Assembly: GCA_002317155.1 (NCBI GenBank)
Contig: DCIR01000012.1
Span: 23,976 to 87,975, forward strand
Direction: 5' to 3'
DNA: 64,000 nucleotides
Origin: Lachnospiraceae bacterium UBA1721
Lineage (GTDB): Bacteria > Bacillota > Clostridia > Lachnospirales > Lachnospiraceae
Notes under the pieces: generated by a model
Database searches by the model: none
What the model was told of the DNA's origin: nothing
Seen by the model: the letters and a program-made list of their open reading frames with translations, nothing else
Position numbers and translations under genes: made by a program
Shown here: positions 9,675 through 20,348 of the stretch, one piece after another
How the letters are laid out: every line of letters starts with the position of its first letter
Numbering within the stretch: position 1 is the stretch's first letter

Positions 9675-10880
9675 TCATTCAATATAACCACTCATGCCGT
9701 CACTCATAACTACCGCCCCATCATTTTTAATCAGGAGCACATCTAAGTCGTAGCTTGCAGCAAGCTCCATACCTTCGTCCTCTCCCATAACAAATATTGC
9801 CGTAGTTATCGCATCAGACATAAATCCGCTTATGTCAATATCTGACAGACTTTCATATGCTCCCTGAAAATAACTGTCCCATTTTTTATCAGCGGGAATA
9901 ACCACCGTCACCGAGCAAAGTCCGCTTTCTGCCGGATAACCTGTCTTAGTATCAAGTATATGATGATACCTCACTCCCTCATATTCGACATAACGCTCAT
10001 AATCTCCTGACGTAGATATAAAATAGCTTCCGCTTAAAGACAGCATGGAAATATATTCTTTTTCACCAAAAGGATCCGCTATAGCCACATGCCATTGCTT
10101 AGCAGCTTCCTTGTAACCGTAAGTTAATATACTACCGCCTGCAGCAACCACTCCATAGTCACAGTATTCCTTCAAAATACCATATGCGTCGGCAAGATAG
10201 ATTCCTTTTCCAACCGCTCCGAGATCAAGAATCATTCCCTGAGGGATGTTTATTATATTATTGTCAAATGTAACCTTGTCATACCCACACAGCCCCAGTG
10301 CCTGCATTACTTCATTGTCAGTCGGAAGGGAAAATATATCTGCATCCATCGCCGCTTCATCTATTCCCCAAAGTTCAGCCAAAGCACCTACTGTGATATC
10401 AAAAGCTCCGCCCGTACGCTCAGACAGTTCCATACAAAGCTCTATATAATCTGCCAGTTTCTCCATGTCTGCATCTTCATCCGAGCTTACCTCAGAAACC
10501 GTCAAAGCATATCCATCTGTATTGCCTGCAGAAGCATTTATAGCATAGATTACAGAGGTATCCTCACGTCTGGACAGAGTATCCTTCTCAAGTTCAATAC
10601 CGGCCTGATTAAGCATATCCCAGACCTTCTCGCCGTTACCTGTTCCCTTTGCTCTGTAACCAGCCGTAACTATCGTTCCCATGATGGTACCGGCACCGGA
10701 ATAGTCTTCATGTCCCACGCTGCAGCCAACTGTACTCACTGCCAAAGCAGCAGTCATCATCACTACAGCCATCTTCTTAACAAAGCCGGCTAGCGAATGC
10801 TTCTCATATGTTTTTTTATTCTTAATGGCTATGTTCTTCATATGCTTATGCATCACTGAGAATTCACTGTTCCAAGTCAT
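9675..10880 (-). CDS. apbE: FAD:protein FMN transferase (ApbE) lipoprotein
   Basis: Lipobox VGC, GAFDITVG, DLGAVGKG, STSGDYERY, YHHILD. True start probably downstream of 10880. Confidence 0.93.
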   Translation of the reverse strand: MTWNSEFSVMHKHMKNIAIKNKKTYEKHSLAGFVKKMAVVMMTAALAVSTVGCSVGHEDYSGAGTIMGTIVTAGYRAKGTGNGEKVWDMLNQAGIELEKDTLSRREDTSVIYAINASAGNTDGYALTVSEVSSDEDADMEKLADYIELCMELSERTGGAFDITVGALAELWGIDEAAMDADIFSLPTDNEVMQALGLCGYDKVTFDNNIINIPQGMILDLGAVGKGIYLADAYGILKEYCDYGVVAAGGSILTYGYKEAAKQWHVAIADPFGEKEYISMLSLSGSYFISTSGDYERYVEYEGVRYHHILDTKTGYPAESGLCSVTVVIPADKKWDSYFQGAYESLSDIDISGFMSDAITTAIFVMGEDEGMELAASYDLDVLLIKNDGAVVMSDGMSGYIE

Positions 10881-11703
10881 TCAGCATCTGGTTTACTGTT
10901 TTACCAAGAATCGGATGTCTGTAAAATCCTGCAATCTGTGACATGGGCTTTAACACAAAAAATCTATTCTGCATATCTATGTGAGGAACATTCAAATCCC
11001 TGGTAGATATAACTTCCTCATCATAAAAAACAATGTCTAAATCAAGAGTTCTGGGTCCCCAGTGAATCTCTCTTTTCCTATCAGCCGCCTGCTCAATGGA
11101 ATGCATAAAATCAAGCAGCTTGGCAGGTGAAAGCATGGTCTTAACCGCAACAGCGCAATTGATAAAATCATCCTGCTCCACAGGTCCATACGGCTTTGTC
11201 ACAAGCATATCCGATACCGCGGTAACCTTTGTGTGTATCTCGCTATCAAGCGCTTTGATAGCATCATCTAAGTATTTTTGCTTCTCGCCCATATTTGACC
11301 CGAGCGATAAATACGCAGTGTGCCATGAAAGCTTTCTTTCTACAGATACCGATTCAAACGGAAGCCCTATCGGTGCATCAGGCTTACGGATTTCCAAACA
11401 AATCGATTCAACCAAGCTGTATCTGCTTAGTATTTCTCTGCACAAAAGCTCTGAAATTCTCTCAAGCAGCTTACAGGTATTATTTTTCATATAATCAGTG
11501 ATAAAGCTGCAAAGCTCAGCATAATTAACCGTCTCATCCAGCTCATCTGAGAGAACGTCCTGCTCATCTGAATAAAGGATTATATCAGCATTAATAAAAA
11601 AATCCTGTCCGTTAGCTGTCTCCTCCTCGTACACACCATGATTGGCATATACATTGAGCTCGCGAATTTTTATCACTCTATAATCATTAGTCATTGTCTT
11701 CAC
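10864..11703 (-). CDS. folK: Bifunctional dihydroneopterin aldolase / HPPK (FolB-FolK fusion)
   Basis: N-terminal ANHGVYEEE FolB domain; YLSLGSNMG, WGPRTLDLDI, VPH FolK motifs. Confidence 0.93.
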   Translation of the reverse strand: MKTMTNDYRVIKIRELNVYANHGVYEEETANGQDFFINADIILYSDEQDVLSDELDETVNYAELCSFITDYMKNNTCKLLERISELLCREILSRYSLVESICLEIRKPDAPIGLPFESVSVERKLSWHTAYLSLGSNMGEKQKYLDDAIKALDSEIHTKVTAVSDMLVTKPYGPVEQDDFINCAVAVKTMLSPAKLLDFMHSIEQAADRKREIHWGPRTLDLDIVFYDEEVISTRDLNVPHIDMQNRFFVLKPMSQIAGFYRHPILGKTVNQMLNDLEQ

Positions 11704-11720
11704 CTACCATTTGGGCAATA

Positions 11721-12131
11721 TTAAGCCTGCTCGTTAAGAGCCTTCATAAGTGCCTCATAAAATCCGGGATATGTATCTCTGATCATCATAGGTCTTCCTT
11801 CTCTTGTGAGGAAGCAATGCTCAGAATGGCCTTCACATACAGCCTCGCCGTTCTGGTTGGTCATTGTGTAAACAAGCTTAAGCTTTACACCCTTAAACTC
11901 CTGAATCTTAACATCGATATTTACCAGATCATTGAAGGTTGTGCTCTTCTTGTATTTTGCATCAACAGAAATAACAGGAGAAATAATTCCCTCCTCCTCA
12001 AGTCTTGTATAAGGCCAATCGATTTTTTCCAAATAATCGACTCTCGCCTCCTCCATCCATCTGATGTAATTTGAATGATGAGTTACAAGCATTTTATCTG
12101 TTTCATAATACTGAACTTTGTGCTGATACAT
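11721..12131 (-). CDS. YbgC/4HBT-family acyl-CoA thioesterase
   Basis: YETDKMLVTHHSNYIRWMEEAR hotdog-fold motif. Confidence 0.88.
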   Translation of the reverse strand: MYQHKVQYYETDKMLVTHHSNYIRWMEEARVDYLEKIDWPYTRLEEEGIISPVISVDAKYKKSTTFNDLVNIDVKIQEFKGVKLKLVYTMTNQNGEAVCEGHSEHCFLTREGRPMMIRDTYPGFYEALMKALNEQA

Positions 12132-12197
12132 TTTTCATCTCCTATAATAATTACTATCCTCTGATAACTACTAATTTCTACCGATAACTCCGAATCA

Positions 12198-12761
12198 CTA
12201 ACCGGTCACTCTTCGCATTATAGCATTACCGTTTGTTTTAAGCCATTTATCCCACTTTTTATAGTCAGGAAATACTCTGAGCACCTGCGCATAAAAAGCT
12301 TTTGAATGATTCATTTCCAGTCTGTGGCACAGCTCATGCACCACTACACTATCCAGCACCTCCGGAGGCGTTAGCATCAAAAGGCAATTAAAATTCAAGT
12401 TCCCCTTCGCGGAACAGCTGCCCCATCTGGTATGCTGCGTGCGTATCGAAATCCGTCCGTAATCAACTCCTATAAGTGGCGCATAATAAGCTACTCGCTC
12501 AGGAATAATCTTCTTGGCCTGCTTAACAATCGCTTTAAGTTCAGCTTCCGAGAGCGGTTCTACAGGTGCCTGGGCCGCAGCCTGAACCTTCGCCATGTGT
12601 TTTTCTATCCATTCGGAATGCTGTTCCACAAATCGTCTGGCCGATGCATTAGTAGTCAAAAGTGGCACCCTGACAATAATACGTCCGTCAGGCTTAATTT
12701 CTATAGCTTTACTGCGCCTTCTGCTTCGAATTATTTCAATCTCATATAAACAATCGTTCAT
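12198..12761 (-). CDS. M48/SprT-like (YgjP/DUF45) zinc metalloprotein
   Basis: TRWGSCS, VVVHELCH (HExxH), NHSKAFY. Confidence 0.9.
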   Translation of the reverse strand: MNDCLYEIEIIRSRRRSKAIEIKPDGRIIVRVPLLTTNASARRFVEQHSEWIEKHMAKVQAAAQAPVEPLSEAELKAIVKQAKKIIPERVAYYAPLIGVDYGRISIRTQHTRWGSCSAKGNLNFNCLLMLTPPEVLDSVVVHELCHRLEMNHSKAFYAQVLRVFPDYKKWDKWLKTNGNAIMRRVTG

Positions 12762-12770
12762 AGCAATCCC

Positions 12771-13934
12771 CTAAAACAATTCGTTTCTTATTTTCTGCAT
12801 TGCTTCTGAGTTAAATACCTTGTTGTGTGAAAGCAGGCGTTCGTTCTCGGCGATAAATTCGGCAAACTTATCTAAATCAAACTCATCTCCTCGTCCGTCT
12901 GCAGTAATAATAAGTACCATCAAAAACTGCACATTAAGCATTGCAAGCAAAACAGGCTCAAGGACATAATAATCGATCGACGCATTCAGATAATTCATCT
13001 GCAGCTTATATGAAAAATATGACTTCATCTTATCCATCAGCCAATCATACTTTTCACATATATCATACCAGTTACCCATAAATGCTCTGTCGGCCCCGCT
13101 CTCAGTAATCTTACCGAACTGCTTCTTGTACGACTTAATTATCTTATGCATTTTAGGATGATACATTTTCAAATATTCCTCAGGAATATTCTGATAAATC
13201 AGTTCATTGATAAAACTCATCGGGAAAAACGGGTAATCCTGCGTTTCCTCTTCAGTCCTCAATTTTAATATTACAGGCCAAATATCTTCATCATCCTGCT
13301 CAAGTTCCTCTATATCGAAAGGCATGTATCTCGCACCTTCAATGTCATCTCTCACCAGATGCTGATGCATTGCAAAAACATGAGCAAAAATATTTCTCTC
13401 TATTATCCACAATGACTCATCACAGTTCCAAAGATACTCAAGCACCCTTGCCAGGTCATCGCGTAAATCTAACACAAAATCATCGTAGACATCATCTATA
13501 TTCCAGTATATCGGCATGTCATCCGGAGCAGGAACAAGCTCAAGCATTCCCTCTGTTTCCACAAACATTAATGCAGCTGCTATGCACGACAGATCAATCA
13601 TTCCATAATGATACTCCCCATAGGCCACCGTATTTCTCGGATAAAGTCTGCAAACCTTAGGCATATATTCTGATTGACCATTACATTGAAGCTTGCACAA
13701 TCCCTCTTTACTGAGATTACAGCACTTACCGAGCAAGGTCCTAAGAACAATATCTCCCTCTCGATTGCGTGTCAGCTTAAGATTAAGCTTAGCTCCCTCA
13801 ACACCTTTTACCGCAGCATAATGTTCGAGTGTCTCCGAATCAACAGGCATATCCCACGCTCGGCAGCAGTTATCGGGACACTTGTCTGCCAGACATGTAA
13901 AATTTTCAAAAAAAGAAATCACTTCACCATTCAT
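12771..13934 (-). CDS. fliB: FliB-family lysine N-methylase
   Basis: N-terminal FTCLADKCPDNCC...W, C-x7-C-x-L and CRLYPR Cys cluster. Confidence 0.75.
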   Translation of the reverse strand: MNGEVISFFENFTCLADKCPDNCCRAWDMPVDSETLEHYAAVKGVEGAKLNLKLTRNREGDIVLRTLLGKCCNLSKEGLCKLQCNGQSEYMPKVCRLYPRNTVAYGEYHYGMIDLSCIAAALMFVETEGMLELVPAPDDMPIYWNIDDVYDDFVLDLRDDLARVLEYLWNCDESLWIIERNIFAHVFAMHQHLVRDDIEGARYMPFDIEELEQDDEDIWPVILKLRTEEETQDYPFFPMSFINELIYQNIPEEYLKMYHPKMHKIIKSYKKQFGKITESGADRAFMGNWYDICEKYDWLMDKMKSYFSYKLQMNYLNASIDYYVLEPVLLAMLNVQFLMVLIITADGRGDEFDLDKFAEFIAENERLLSHNKVFNSEAMQKIRNELF

Positions 13935-13983
13935 ATTTGATATACTCTATTTAGAATTATTCACCCTTAACATCATACGCAAA

Positions 13984-14406
13984 ATGGATAAGAAAAAATA
14001 CTCAAATATTACTGAAAACAGAAAAATATATATTGCCACAGTCATTCTTACATTGCTGATACTTTCATCCGTTATTGCCTTGACACTCATACATATAAAA
14101 GGCAGTAATCGCAATATCGCAACCATCTATGTCGATGGAGCTGAATATATGCAATATGACCTCTCTCAGACTGAGGATATGATTTTCACAATCACCGCAT
14201 CAAACGGCTCTCATAACACTGTCGAGATAAAAGATCATAATATACATATGCTTACCGCAGAATGCAGTAATAATCTATGTGTAAAACAGGGATGGGCAAT
14301 AGACACAGCTTTACCTATCGTATGCCTTCCCAATAATGTAGTAATAGTCATCAGCCGTAACGATATCACCAAGGAGAACAACGATTACGATGCAATCACG
14401 TACTAA
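13984..14406 (+). CDS. NusG domain II-containing membrane-anchored protein
   Basis: TM helix then N-x-VEI...C-x3-CV-x2-G...IVCLPN. Likely start 13984; the ORF-track start 13882 overlaps fliB. Confidence 0.85.
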   Translation: MDKKKYSNITENRKIYIATVILTLLILSSVIALTLIHIKGSNRNIATIYVDGAEYMQYDLSQTEDMIFTITASNGSHNTVEIKDHNIHMLTAECSNNLCVKQGWAIDTALPIVCLPNNVVIVISRNDITKENNDYDAITY

Positions 14407-14917
14407 TACCCGCGTCAATATTGCCGTACTGGCGATGTTTGCCGCATTGTCATTCGGAATCTATGCCCTTGAGACACTTATTCCGAATCCTATACCGATC
14501 CCCGGAATCAAACTGGGATTGTCCAATATAATAGTACTGGTTGTTCTTAACCGCTATGGCTGCAAGGAAGCATCTTTGGTTCTGGTAGTGCGCCTTTTAC
14601 TGTCGATGCTTTTATTCGGCACACTGTTAAGCCTTCTTTATTCTGCAGTCGGCGGAATACTCTGCCTCGGTGTCGAAACAGTTCTGGATAAGCTTTTTAA
14701 TAAGAAATACATTTTCATCACAGCTGCCTTCGGAGCATTGTTCCATAATATCGGGCAGCTCATTGTAGCATTCATAATTACACGCTCACCGGGCATGCTA
14801 ATTTATGTACCGTATCTGGTAATTGCCGGAATAATAACCGGCTTCCTGACCGGACTATGCGCATTTCTTGTAATCAAAAAACTTCCAAAGTCTGATCAGC
14901 ACACTATACATTCATAA
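14390..14917 (+). CDS. Gx transporter family / heptaprenyl-PP synthase component I-like membrane protein
   Basis: E-x2-IP-x-P-IPGIKLGLSN, HNIGQL; overlaps the NusG-II gene. Confidence 0.88.
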   Translation: MQSRTNTRVNIAVLAMFAALSFGIYALETLIPNPIPIPGIKLGLSNIIVLVVLNRYGCKEASLVLVVRLLLSMLLFGTLLSLLYSAVGGILCLGVETVLDKLFNKKYIFITAAFGALFHNIGQLIVAFIITRSPGMLIYVPYLVIAGIITGFLTGLCAFLVIKKLPKSDQHTIHS

Positions 14918-15731
14918 TTGCTTCAGTCATCTTGATAGCTCTGACATTTTCCTTGATGTCATGAACTCGTACAAATGCAGCGCCCTTCATCACTCCGACA
15001 ACGGTTGTTGCAAGTGTACCCTCTACTCTTTCATTGGAAGGTAAATCCAATGTTAGTCCGACTACTGACTTACGACTGGTTCCAAGAAGTATCGGACATC
15101 CAAACTCATGAAGTGAATCAAGTCTCTTAATGCATTCCAAATTATTTTCATAGCTCTTCGCAAAGCCGACTCCGGGATCAAGAATAATCTTATCCTTATC
15201 TATTCCGGCCTTATGCGCTATATCAACTATAGACTTCATATCCTGCATATACTCAGAATAAAAATCACTATATTCTGCGGACGGTCTGTTATGCATAAGG
15301 CAGCAGGGCAGTTTACTGTCAGCTATCACCTTCGCCATAGTATCATTCTTATCCTCATTCGGATATTTAAGTCCCCAGATATCATTAATCAGATCTATTC
15401 CGGATGATATTCCCGCGCGAGCAACTCCTGCCTTGTAGGTATCAAGAGATATAGGTACATCAAAACGCTTCTTAACCGCTTCGATTACAGGTACTACTCT
15501 ACCTATCTCTTCCTCATCAGATATAAGCGTGTATCCCGGTCTGGTAGACTCTCCGCCTATATCAAGAATATCCATTCCGTCGTTAAGCATCTGCTCAACA
15601 TATGCCAGTGCCCTATCAACATCATTCCACTTTCCACCATCAGAAAAAGAATCCGGTGTGACGTTTAATATACCCATAACATAGCAGTGATTGGCTGTAT
15701 CAAATTCTTTTCCGCCTATAAGCATTTCCAA
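14904..15731 (-). CDS. folP: Dihydropteroate synthase
   Basis: MGILNVTPDSFSDGG, DIGGESTRPG, DPGVGFAK, GTSRKS, VRVHD. Confidence 0.97.
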   Translation of the reverse strand: MEMLIGGKEFDTANHCYVMGILNVTPDSFSDGGKWNDVDRALAYVEQMLNDGMDILDIGGESTRPGYTLISDEEEIGRVVPVIEAVKKRFDVPISLDTYKAGVARAGISSGIDLINDIWGLKYPNEDKNDTMAKVIADSKLPCCLMHNRPSAEYSDFYSEYMQDMKSIVDIAHKAGIDKDKIILDPGVGFAKSYENNLECIKRLDSLHEFGCPILLGTSRKSVVGLTLDLPSNERVEGTLATTVVGVMKGAAFVRVHDIKENVRAIKMTEAIMNV

Positions 15732-15821
15732 ACTCCTCTATAAAAAATAATCTCACATGCAAAAATCATTCTATATGAACAAATAATCTCACCATCAAAA
15801 ACTTCTCATTACATGAAATAA

Positions 15822-15858
15822 ACCACGGTCTACGGAAAACTGTCCGTCAGCCCGTGGT
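15822..15858 (-). terminator. Hairpin downstream of folE
   Basis: ACCACGG...CCGTGGT outer stem with inner ACGGA/TCCGT stem; short U-rich tail on the minus strand. Confidence 0.5.
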
Positions 15859-15868
15859 CTGTTATTAG

Positions 15869-16423
15869 TTACGCCTTAAGCATGTCATAAAACTGTCTCT
15901 TAAGGCTCTCGTTCTCTTCGAATACCCCTCTGGTAGCAACTGTCAGTGTCTTACTTCCGGGCTTCTTGACACCTCTCATAGTCATGCAAAGGTGCTCAGC
16001 CTCAAGAACCACCATCACTCCGCTGGGCTCGAGACAATCCATGATTGCGTCTGCAATCTGTCCTGTCATACGCTCCTGAATCTGAAGTCTTCTCGCATAA
16101 ATCTCTACTGTTCTTGCAAGCTTACTGATTCCTACCACCTTATCCTTAGGTATATATGCAATATGCGCTTTTCCAAAGAAGGGCATCATATGATGCTCGC
16201 ACATTGAGTAGAAGGTTATATCCTTCTCCATTACCATCTCGCTGTTATCTACACTAAAAACCTTAGATAATACTTCAGCCGGGTCCTGTTCATATCCGCC
16301 GCACACTTCTTCGTACATTCTGGCTATGCGGTCCGGTGTGTCCAAAAGACCTTCTCTGGTAATATCTTCACCTATACCTTCAAGGAGTAATTTTACTCCT
16401 TCTCTTATCTTGTCCTGATCCAT
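15869..16423 (-). CDS. folE: GTP cyclohydrolase I
   Basis: [36 protein letters not shown]. Confidence 0.97.
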   Translation of the reverse strand: MDQDKIREGVKLLLEGIGEDITREGLLDTPDRIARMYEEVCGGYEQDPAEVLSKVFSVDNSEMVMEKDITFYSMCEHHMMPFFGKAHIAYIPKDKVVGISKLARTVEIYARRLQIQERMTGQIADAIMDCLEPSGVMVVLEAEHLCMTMRGVKKPGSKTLTVATRGVFEENESLKRQFYDMLKA

Positions 16424-17729
16424 CCTGAATAAGCTCCATCATTTTACCCAGATACGACAATGAACCAAATACAATGATTACACCATCTCTTCCGGCCATA
16501 AGACTTGCCATCTCAAGAGCCTCCTCAGGTGAATCTGCTGTCGTAACCTTGGGATTGTATTTACTGACTGTTTCTGCAAGTGTAAGTGCAGACAGCGCTC
16601 TCGGATTATTCTGAGGAGTCACGGTAAATATACATTCTGCCTTCGCTGCAGTAATCTCCGCCACTTTCTCATATTCTTTATCCTTTAGCATACCCATTAT
16701 ATAAATGATTCTGCTATTTGTAAAATAGAAATCTATAGATTCTGCAAGTCTTACCGCAGCTTCCTCATTATGCGCCCCATCCAAAATAATGCATGGACGG
16801 TCTGCAACCACCTGAAACCTCACAGGCCACTCAGTATTCTTTAGTCCGTTTCTGAGTGCTTCGTCGGTTATTTTTACGCCCTTTTGTCTGAGTGCCTCTA
16901 TTGCTTCTATTGCAAGAGCCGCATTTTTTTGCTGATATCTTCCAAGCAGCGACAGTTCCAATCGCTTATATCCTTTATATGAAAATACCTGCTTTATTCT
17001 TCCTTTGTTAAGCCCGCCATCCTTAAAGCCTGCTGCCTTTTCGGATTTGATAGCATCCTCATTCACTACGCTCAGCGCACAGCCACATTCTGCCGCCTTA
17101 GCTTCAATAACATGCGCTGCTTCAGAATGCTGATACTGAGAAACCACCAGGCTTCCCTTTTTAATTATTCCTGCCTTCTGCGCCGCAATCTCTCCTAAGC
17201 TATTGCCCAAATATCCCATATGATCGTAACTGATTGACGCAAGCACACATACCAATGGAGCCGGTATTATATTGGTAGCATCGAGCAAACCGCCCATACC
17301 GACTTCGAGAGTTACGTAATCACACTTTTTTTCCTTAAAATACCAAAAGGCGAGTGCAGTCTCAGCCTCAAATGCTGAAGGAGTATCCTCTCCTGCCGCA
17401 GCCATCTTCTCAATAGTTGATTTAAGTATTTCCACGCCCTTTACAAGCATAGCCTCGGAAATCTTTTTAGAATTGACCTGAAAACGTTCTTTGTAATCTG
17501 ATATGGTAGGAGAAATATATCTGCCGACTCTGTAGCCTGCTTCTTTTAATATCTCAGATATAAATGCAAGAGTGCTTCCCTTACCATTGGTTCCCGCAAT
17601 ATGTATAAACTTAAGATCATCCTGTGGATTACCCATATACGCTAACAGGCAGGCTATTCGTTCCAGCCCCGGTCTGATACCTGAGCCCTGCAGCGTCAAC
17701 ATATAATCCATTGCTTCAGCTGATTTCAC
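16380..17729 (-). CDS. folC: Folylpolyglutamate synthase / dihydrofolate synthase
   Basis: [30 protein letters not shown] start at 17729 after GAGGAGG (ORF track 17771). Confidence 0.95.
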   Translation of the reverse strand: MKSAEAMDYMLTLQGSGIRPGLERIACLLAYMGNPQDDLKFIHIAGTNGKGSTLAFISEILKEAGYRVGRYISPTISDYKERFQVNSKKISEAMLVKGVEILKSTIEKMAAAGEDTPSAFEAETALAFWYFKEKKCDYVTLEVGMGGLLDATNIIPAPLVCVLASISYDHMGYLGNSLGEIAAQKAGIIKKGSLVVSQYQHSEAAHVIEAKAAECGCALSVVNEDAIKSEKAAGFKDGGLNKGRIKQVFSYKGYKRLELSLLGRYQQKNAALAIEAIEALRQKGVKITDEALRNGLKNTEWPVRFQVVADRPCIILDGAHNEEAAVRLAESIDFYFTNSRIIYIMGMLKDKEYEKVAEITAAKAECIFTVTPQNNPRALSALTLAETVSKYNPKVTTADSPEEALEMASLMAGRDGVIIVFGSLSYLGKMMELIQDGSGQDKRRSKITP

Positions 17730-17756
17730 AATATTCCTCCTCATGTGAATATAAAC

Positions 17757-17784
17757 AAAAGAACCTCGCAAGCGAGATTCTTTT
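17757..17784. terminator. Hairpin terminator after the PH-domain gene
   Basis: AAAAGAACCTCG-CAAG-CGAGATTCTTTT with A/T tracts on both sides. Confidence 0.7.
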
Positions 17785-17819
17785 ATAATAATTATATTGC
17801 TATAATATTGTTCTTTTGT

Positions 17820-18206
17820 TTATAGACCATGACCGATGGCATCATGGATATCACCCATCTCACCTGTTCCGATATCCAGCATGTTAACTGTACGGCGCTT
17901 AAGTCTTGCTTCCTCAGAAGCTCTTAATATGAACTCCTTAATCTCTCTGCAGTGCTTAACATGCTTGATTTCCAATGTAGGATGTGTAGTATCTCCTGTG
18001 TAGCAGATAATAGTTCCTACCTTAACCATCTTTTCAGCAAGGCTTCTGGTCATCTCTACGTCCTGCACCTTATACATATAGCAGTCATTCTCAGTAGTCT
18101 TAAACAGACCCTCAGTGATGGTAATCATATCATCTACAATATGATACTTGGTAAATGTAAAAGGTAATCCGAAAAACAACCAACGCTTTCTTTCATTAAA
18201 TTCCAT
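17820..18206 (-). CDS. Bacterial PH domain protein (bPH_2-like)
   Basis: WLFFGLPFTFTKY...GLFKTTE...YKVQDV...GTI pattern. Confidence 0.75.
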   Translation of the reverse strand: MEFNERKRWLFFGLPFTFTKYHIVDDMITITEGLFKTTENDCYMYKVQDVEMTRSLAEKMVKVGTIICYTGDTTHPTLEIKHVKHCREIKEFILRASEEARLKRRTVNMLDIGTGEMGDIHDAIGHGL

Positions 18207-18289
18207 CTATGCTACCCTCCGCATAAGTAATAAAACAAATAAGCAATAAAGCAAATTAGTAATTACTCAAATAAATAATAAATCAATTA

Positions 18290-18763
18290 TCAGTTTCTGA
18301 GTCTGGTACATTCAAACTTATCAAGCATCATCAGTGCCTTCTTAAATGTCTCGTACTTCTCCTCAACACTGCCATCAGCAAGCGGTATGTCACACGCAAT
18401 AGACATTGATGTAAGCATATCGTCTGTGATTCTGTTCTTAAGAGTCGCAAGTATCTCCAAACGTTCCTCATAGCTGTCTGCCATCAGAAACTCATCAAGC
18501 TGAGGATCTATCTCCGGCTCACCGGCTGAAGAATCATTCTCTACCTTCTCAAAGCGCATCTGCTGCACTGCATCCGGATACTTATCTTTGTCAACGGGAC
18601 TGCAAAACATTTCAAGCGGTCTCGCATAAATCTTACCCTCGCCATACATTGCCTGATACACTACAAGCTGCTCTCCGGTCTCAGTGTGTTCAGCTACAGC
18701 CACAATACGGTACTGCTGTCCCTTAAAGTGTCTGTATATTTCCTGTGCCTTGGGAGTATTCAT
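18290..18763 (-). CDS. DUF1653 domain protein
   Basis: YRHFKG...VAEHTETGEQLVVYQAMYG...YARPLEMF. Likely start 18763. Confidence 0.85.
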   Translation of the reverse strand: MNTPKAQEIYRHFKGQQYRIVAVAEHTETGEQLVVYQAMYGEGKIYARPLEMFCSPVDKDKYPDAVQQMRFEKVENDSSAGEPEIDPQLDEFLMADSYEERLEILATLKNRITDDMLTSMSIACDIPLADGSVEEKYETFKKALMMLDKFECTRLRN

Positions 18764-18854
18764 ATCAATCCTCACATGTACATTCATATTTGACGCCGCA
18801 TCGACTCATCCAAACGCCACATTTATTACATTATACTGCGGATAACCGATTTTG

Positions 18855-19241
18855 TCATTTAATAATAACTGCATTGAAGCTGCAAATATCATCATTGAAT
18901 CCCAGCTCGGCAACCTCATCCATGACAAGCTCTCTTTTTTCATCATCAAGTCTATCGAGCTTGTCGTGATGAATTTTAACGGTATATTCTCTGTTACCCT
19001 CAGCATCAACTATTCTGGTAACTGTAATACCGGCATTGGTGTAGCCATTATCGTTCATATAATCTCTGACTGCATACTTATAATCTCTCTCAAGCTCCGC
19101 ATAATAATTTTCAAGAGCTGTATATGCCTGTGCGCTGCTAACCACCTTAACGCTGAATATTATGATCAGTGAAATAATAACTATACCGACAACTGCCATT
19201 CCAAGGATTTTTGCGTTGTTTCTTCTGCTAATTCTCTTCAT
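18855..19241 (-). CDS. Hypothetical membrane-anchored/secreted protein
   Basis: GGAGG RBS, basic N-terminus plus TM helix. Confidence 0.7.
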   Translation of the reverse strand: MKRISRRNNAKILGMAVVGIVIISLIIIFSVKVVSSAQAYTALENYYAELERDYKYAVRDYMNDNGYTNAGITVTRIVDAEGNREYTVKIHHDKLDRLDDEKRELVMDEVAELGFNDDICSFNAVIIK

Positions 19242-19307
19242 AAAAATATCCTCCTGTAATTTGTTTACAAGAGGATAATAGTTTTTATTGAGTGTAATAA
19301 TTTTCTC

Positions 19308-20264
19308 TTAATCGATTTTCTGAACCTTATCTTTATTAACTACTTCCTTAAGGCTAGCTGCAATAAATGCTGCTCCGCCGCCGATACCAAGCACTGTCAT
19401 AAGCACAACATCGCGATAGTAATAGAAGGTCATACCGGCTTCCCTATATACATCCTTGCAGTATCTGAAACACTCGCCAACAGTAAATGTATAATAATCA
19501 CTGAGTCCTGAAGACTTAAATCCATCATATATTGTAAGTGCCGAACTGAGTCTGGGTATTACAATAGAAAATGCAAGACACAAAATACCTGTGATAACCG
19601 CACTTACTACAGAGAACTTAGCCGCAGCCTTCTTATACAAAAAGACAATAAACATTGACATCAAAATACTTGCGTAGAAAGAAATATATCCCAACTTTCC
19701 AATCAGAAGTATAAGTGCTGCTCCTGCAAGTCCTCCGCCGATGGCCGCAAGGATTCCGAGAGGAACTCTCTCCTTCTTAGCCTTCTCCTGTTCCTTGACC
19801 TGAGCAAGTCTGGTCTGAAGATAAGATACATTGTCAATGCTGTAAAAGCTGTAGCTTCCGTTTATAGAATAAAGGCTGATATTATATACTCCGCCCAGCT
19901 CGTCGCATCCGGTAAATCCAAAATTCTTAAGTACATTGGTAACCATTGATATCGCACTGCTCAGTTTACCTAAAACCTCTTCATTCGAAGCACTTGCATC
20001 CATTCCAAGATTCAGTCTGTAGTTACCTACATACAGTCTTACTCCGACGGGTAAGCTGAGATTTTGGAACATGTCGTAAGTCATGGGCTGACCCATGTTT
20101 GTTGCACAAATCTGAACCAGCAAATCAACCTGCTTGTTACTTCTCTTCTCCTCGATCAAAAAAGGATATCCACTGTGATTACCATAGCAGATACTGCCCT
20201 TTTGTCCCACCTTAAGGCCCATCATCTCCGCAAGGTCCTTAATCAAAACTTTTGTGTTAGCCAT
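19308..20264 (-). CDS. Hypothetical membrane protein
   Basis: 318-aa ORF with a soluble N-half and about 4 C-terminal TM helices. Confidence 0.75.
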   Translation of the reverse strand: MANTKVLIKDLAEMMGLKVGQKGSICYGNHSGYPFLIEEKRSNKQVDLLVQICATNMGQPMTYDMFQNLSLPVGVRLYVGNYRLNLGMDASASNEEVLGKLSSAISMVTNVLKNFGFTGCDELGGVYNISLYSINGSYSFYSIDNVSYLQTRLAQVKEQEKAKKERVPLGILAAIGGGLAGAALILLIGKLGYISFYASILMSMFIVFLYKKAAAKFSVVSAVITGILCLAFSIVIPRLSSALTIYDGFKSSGLSDYYTFTVGECFRYCKDVYREAGMTFYYYRDVVLMTVLGIGGGAAFIAASLKEVVNKDKVQKID

Positions 20265-20348
20265 TTTTTCATTCCCTCATAATCTTATTATATTTCTTTA
20301 TTTTACTGATGTTTATTACTGTATCGTTATGTCGAGCAATTCCCCTAA

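Noticed and set aside
15732-15868. Folate (THF) riboswitch in the folE-folP spacer
   Set aside because: No THF consensus recognised; only a terminator-like hairpin.
16380-16423. 44-nt folC/folE overlap as recoding
   Set aside because: Both proteins are complete; a simple run-on overlap explains it.
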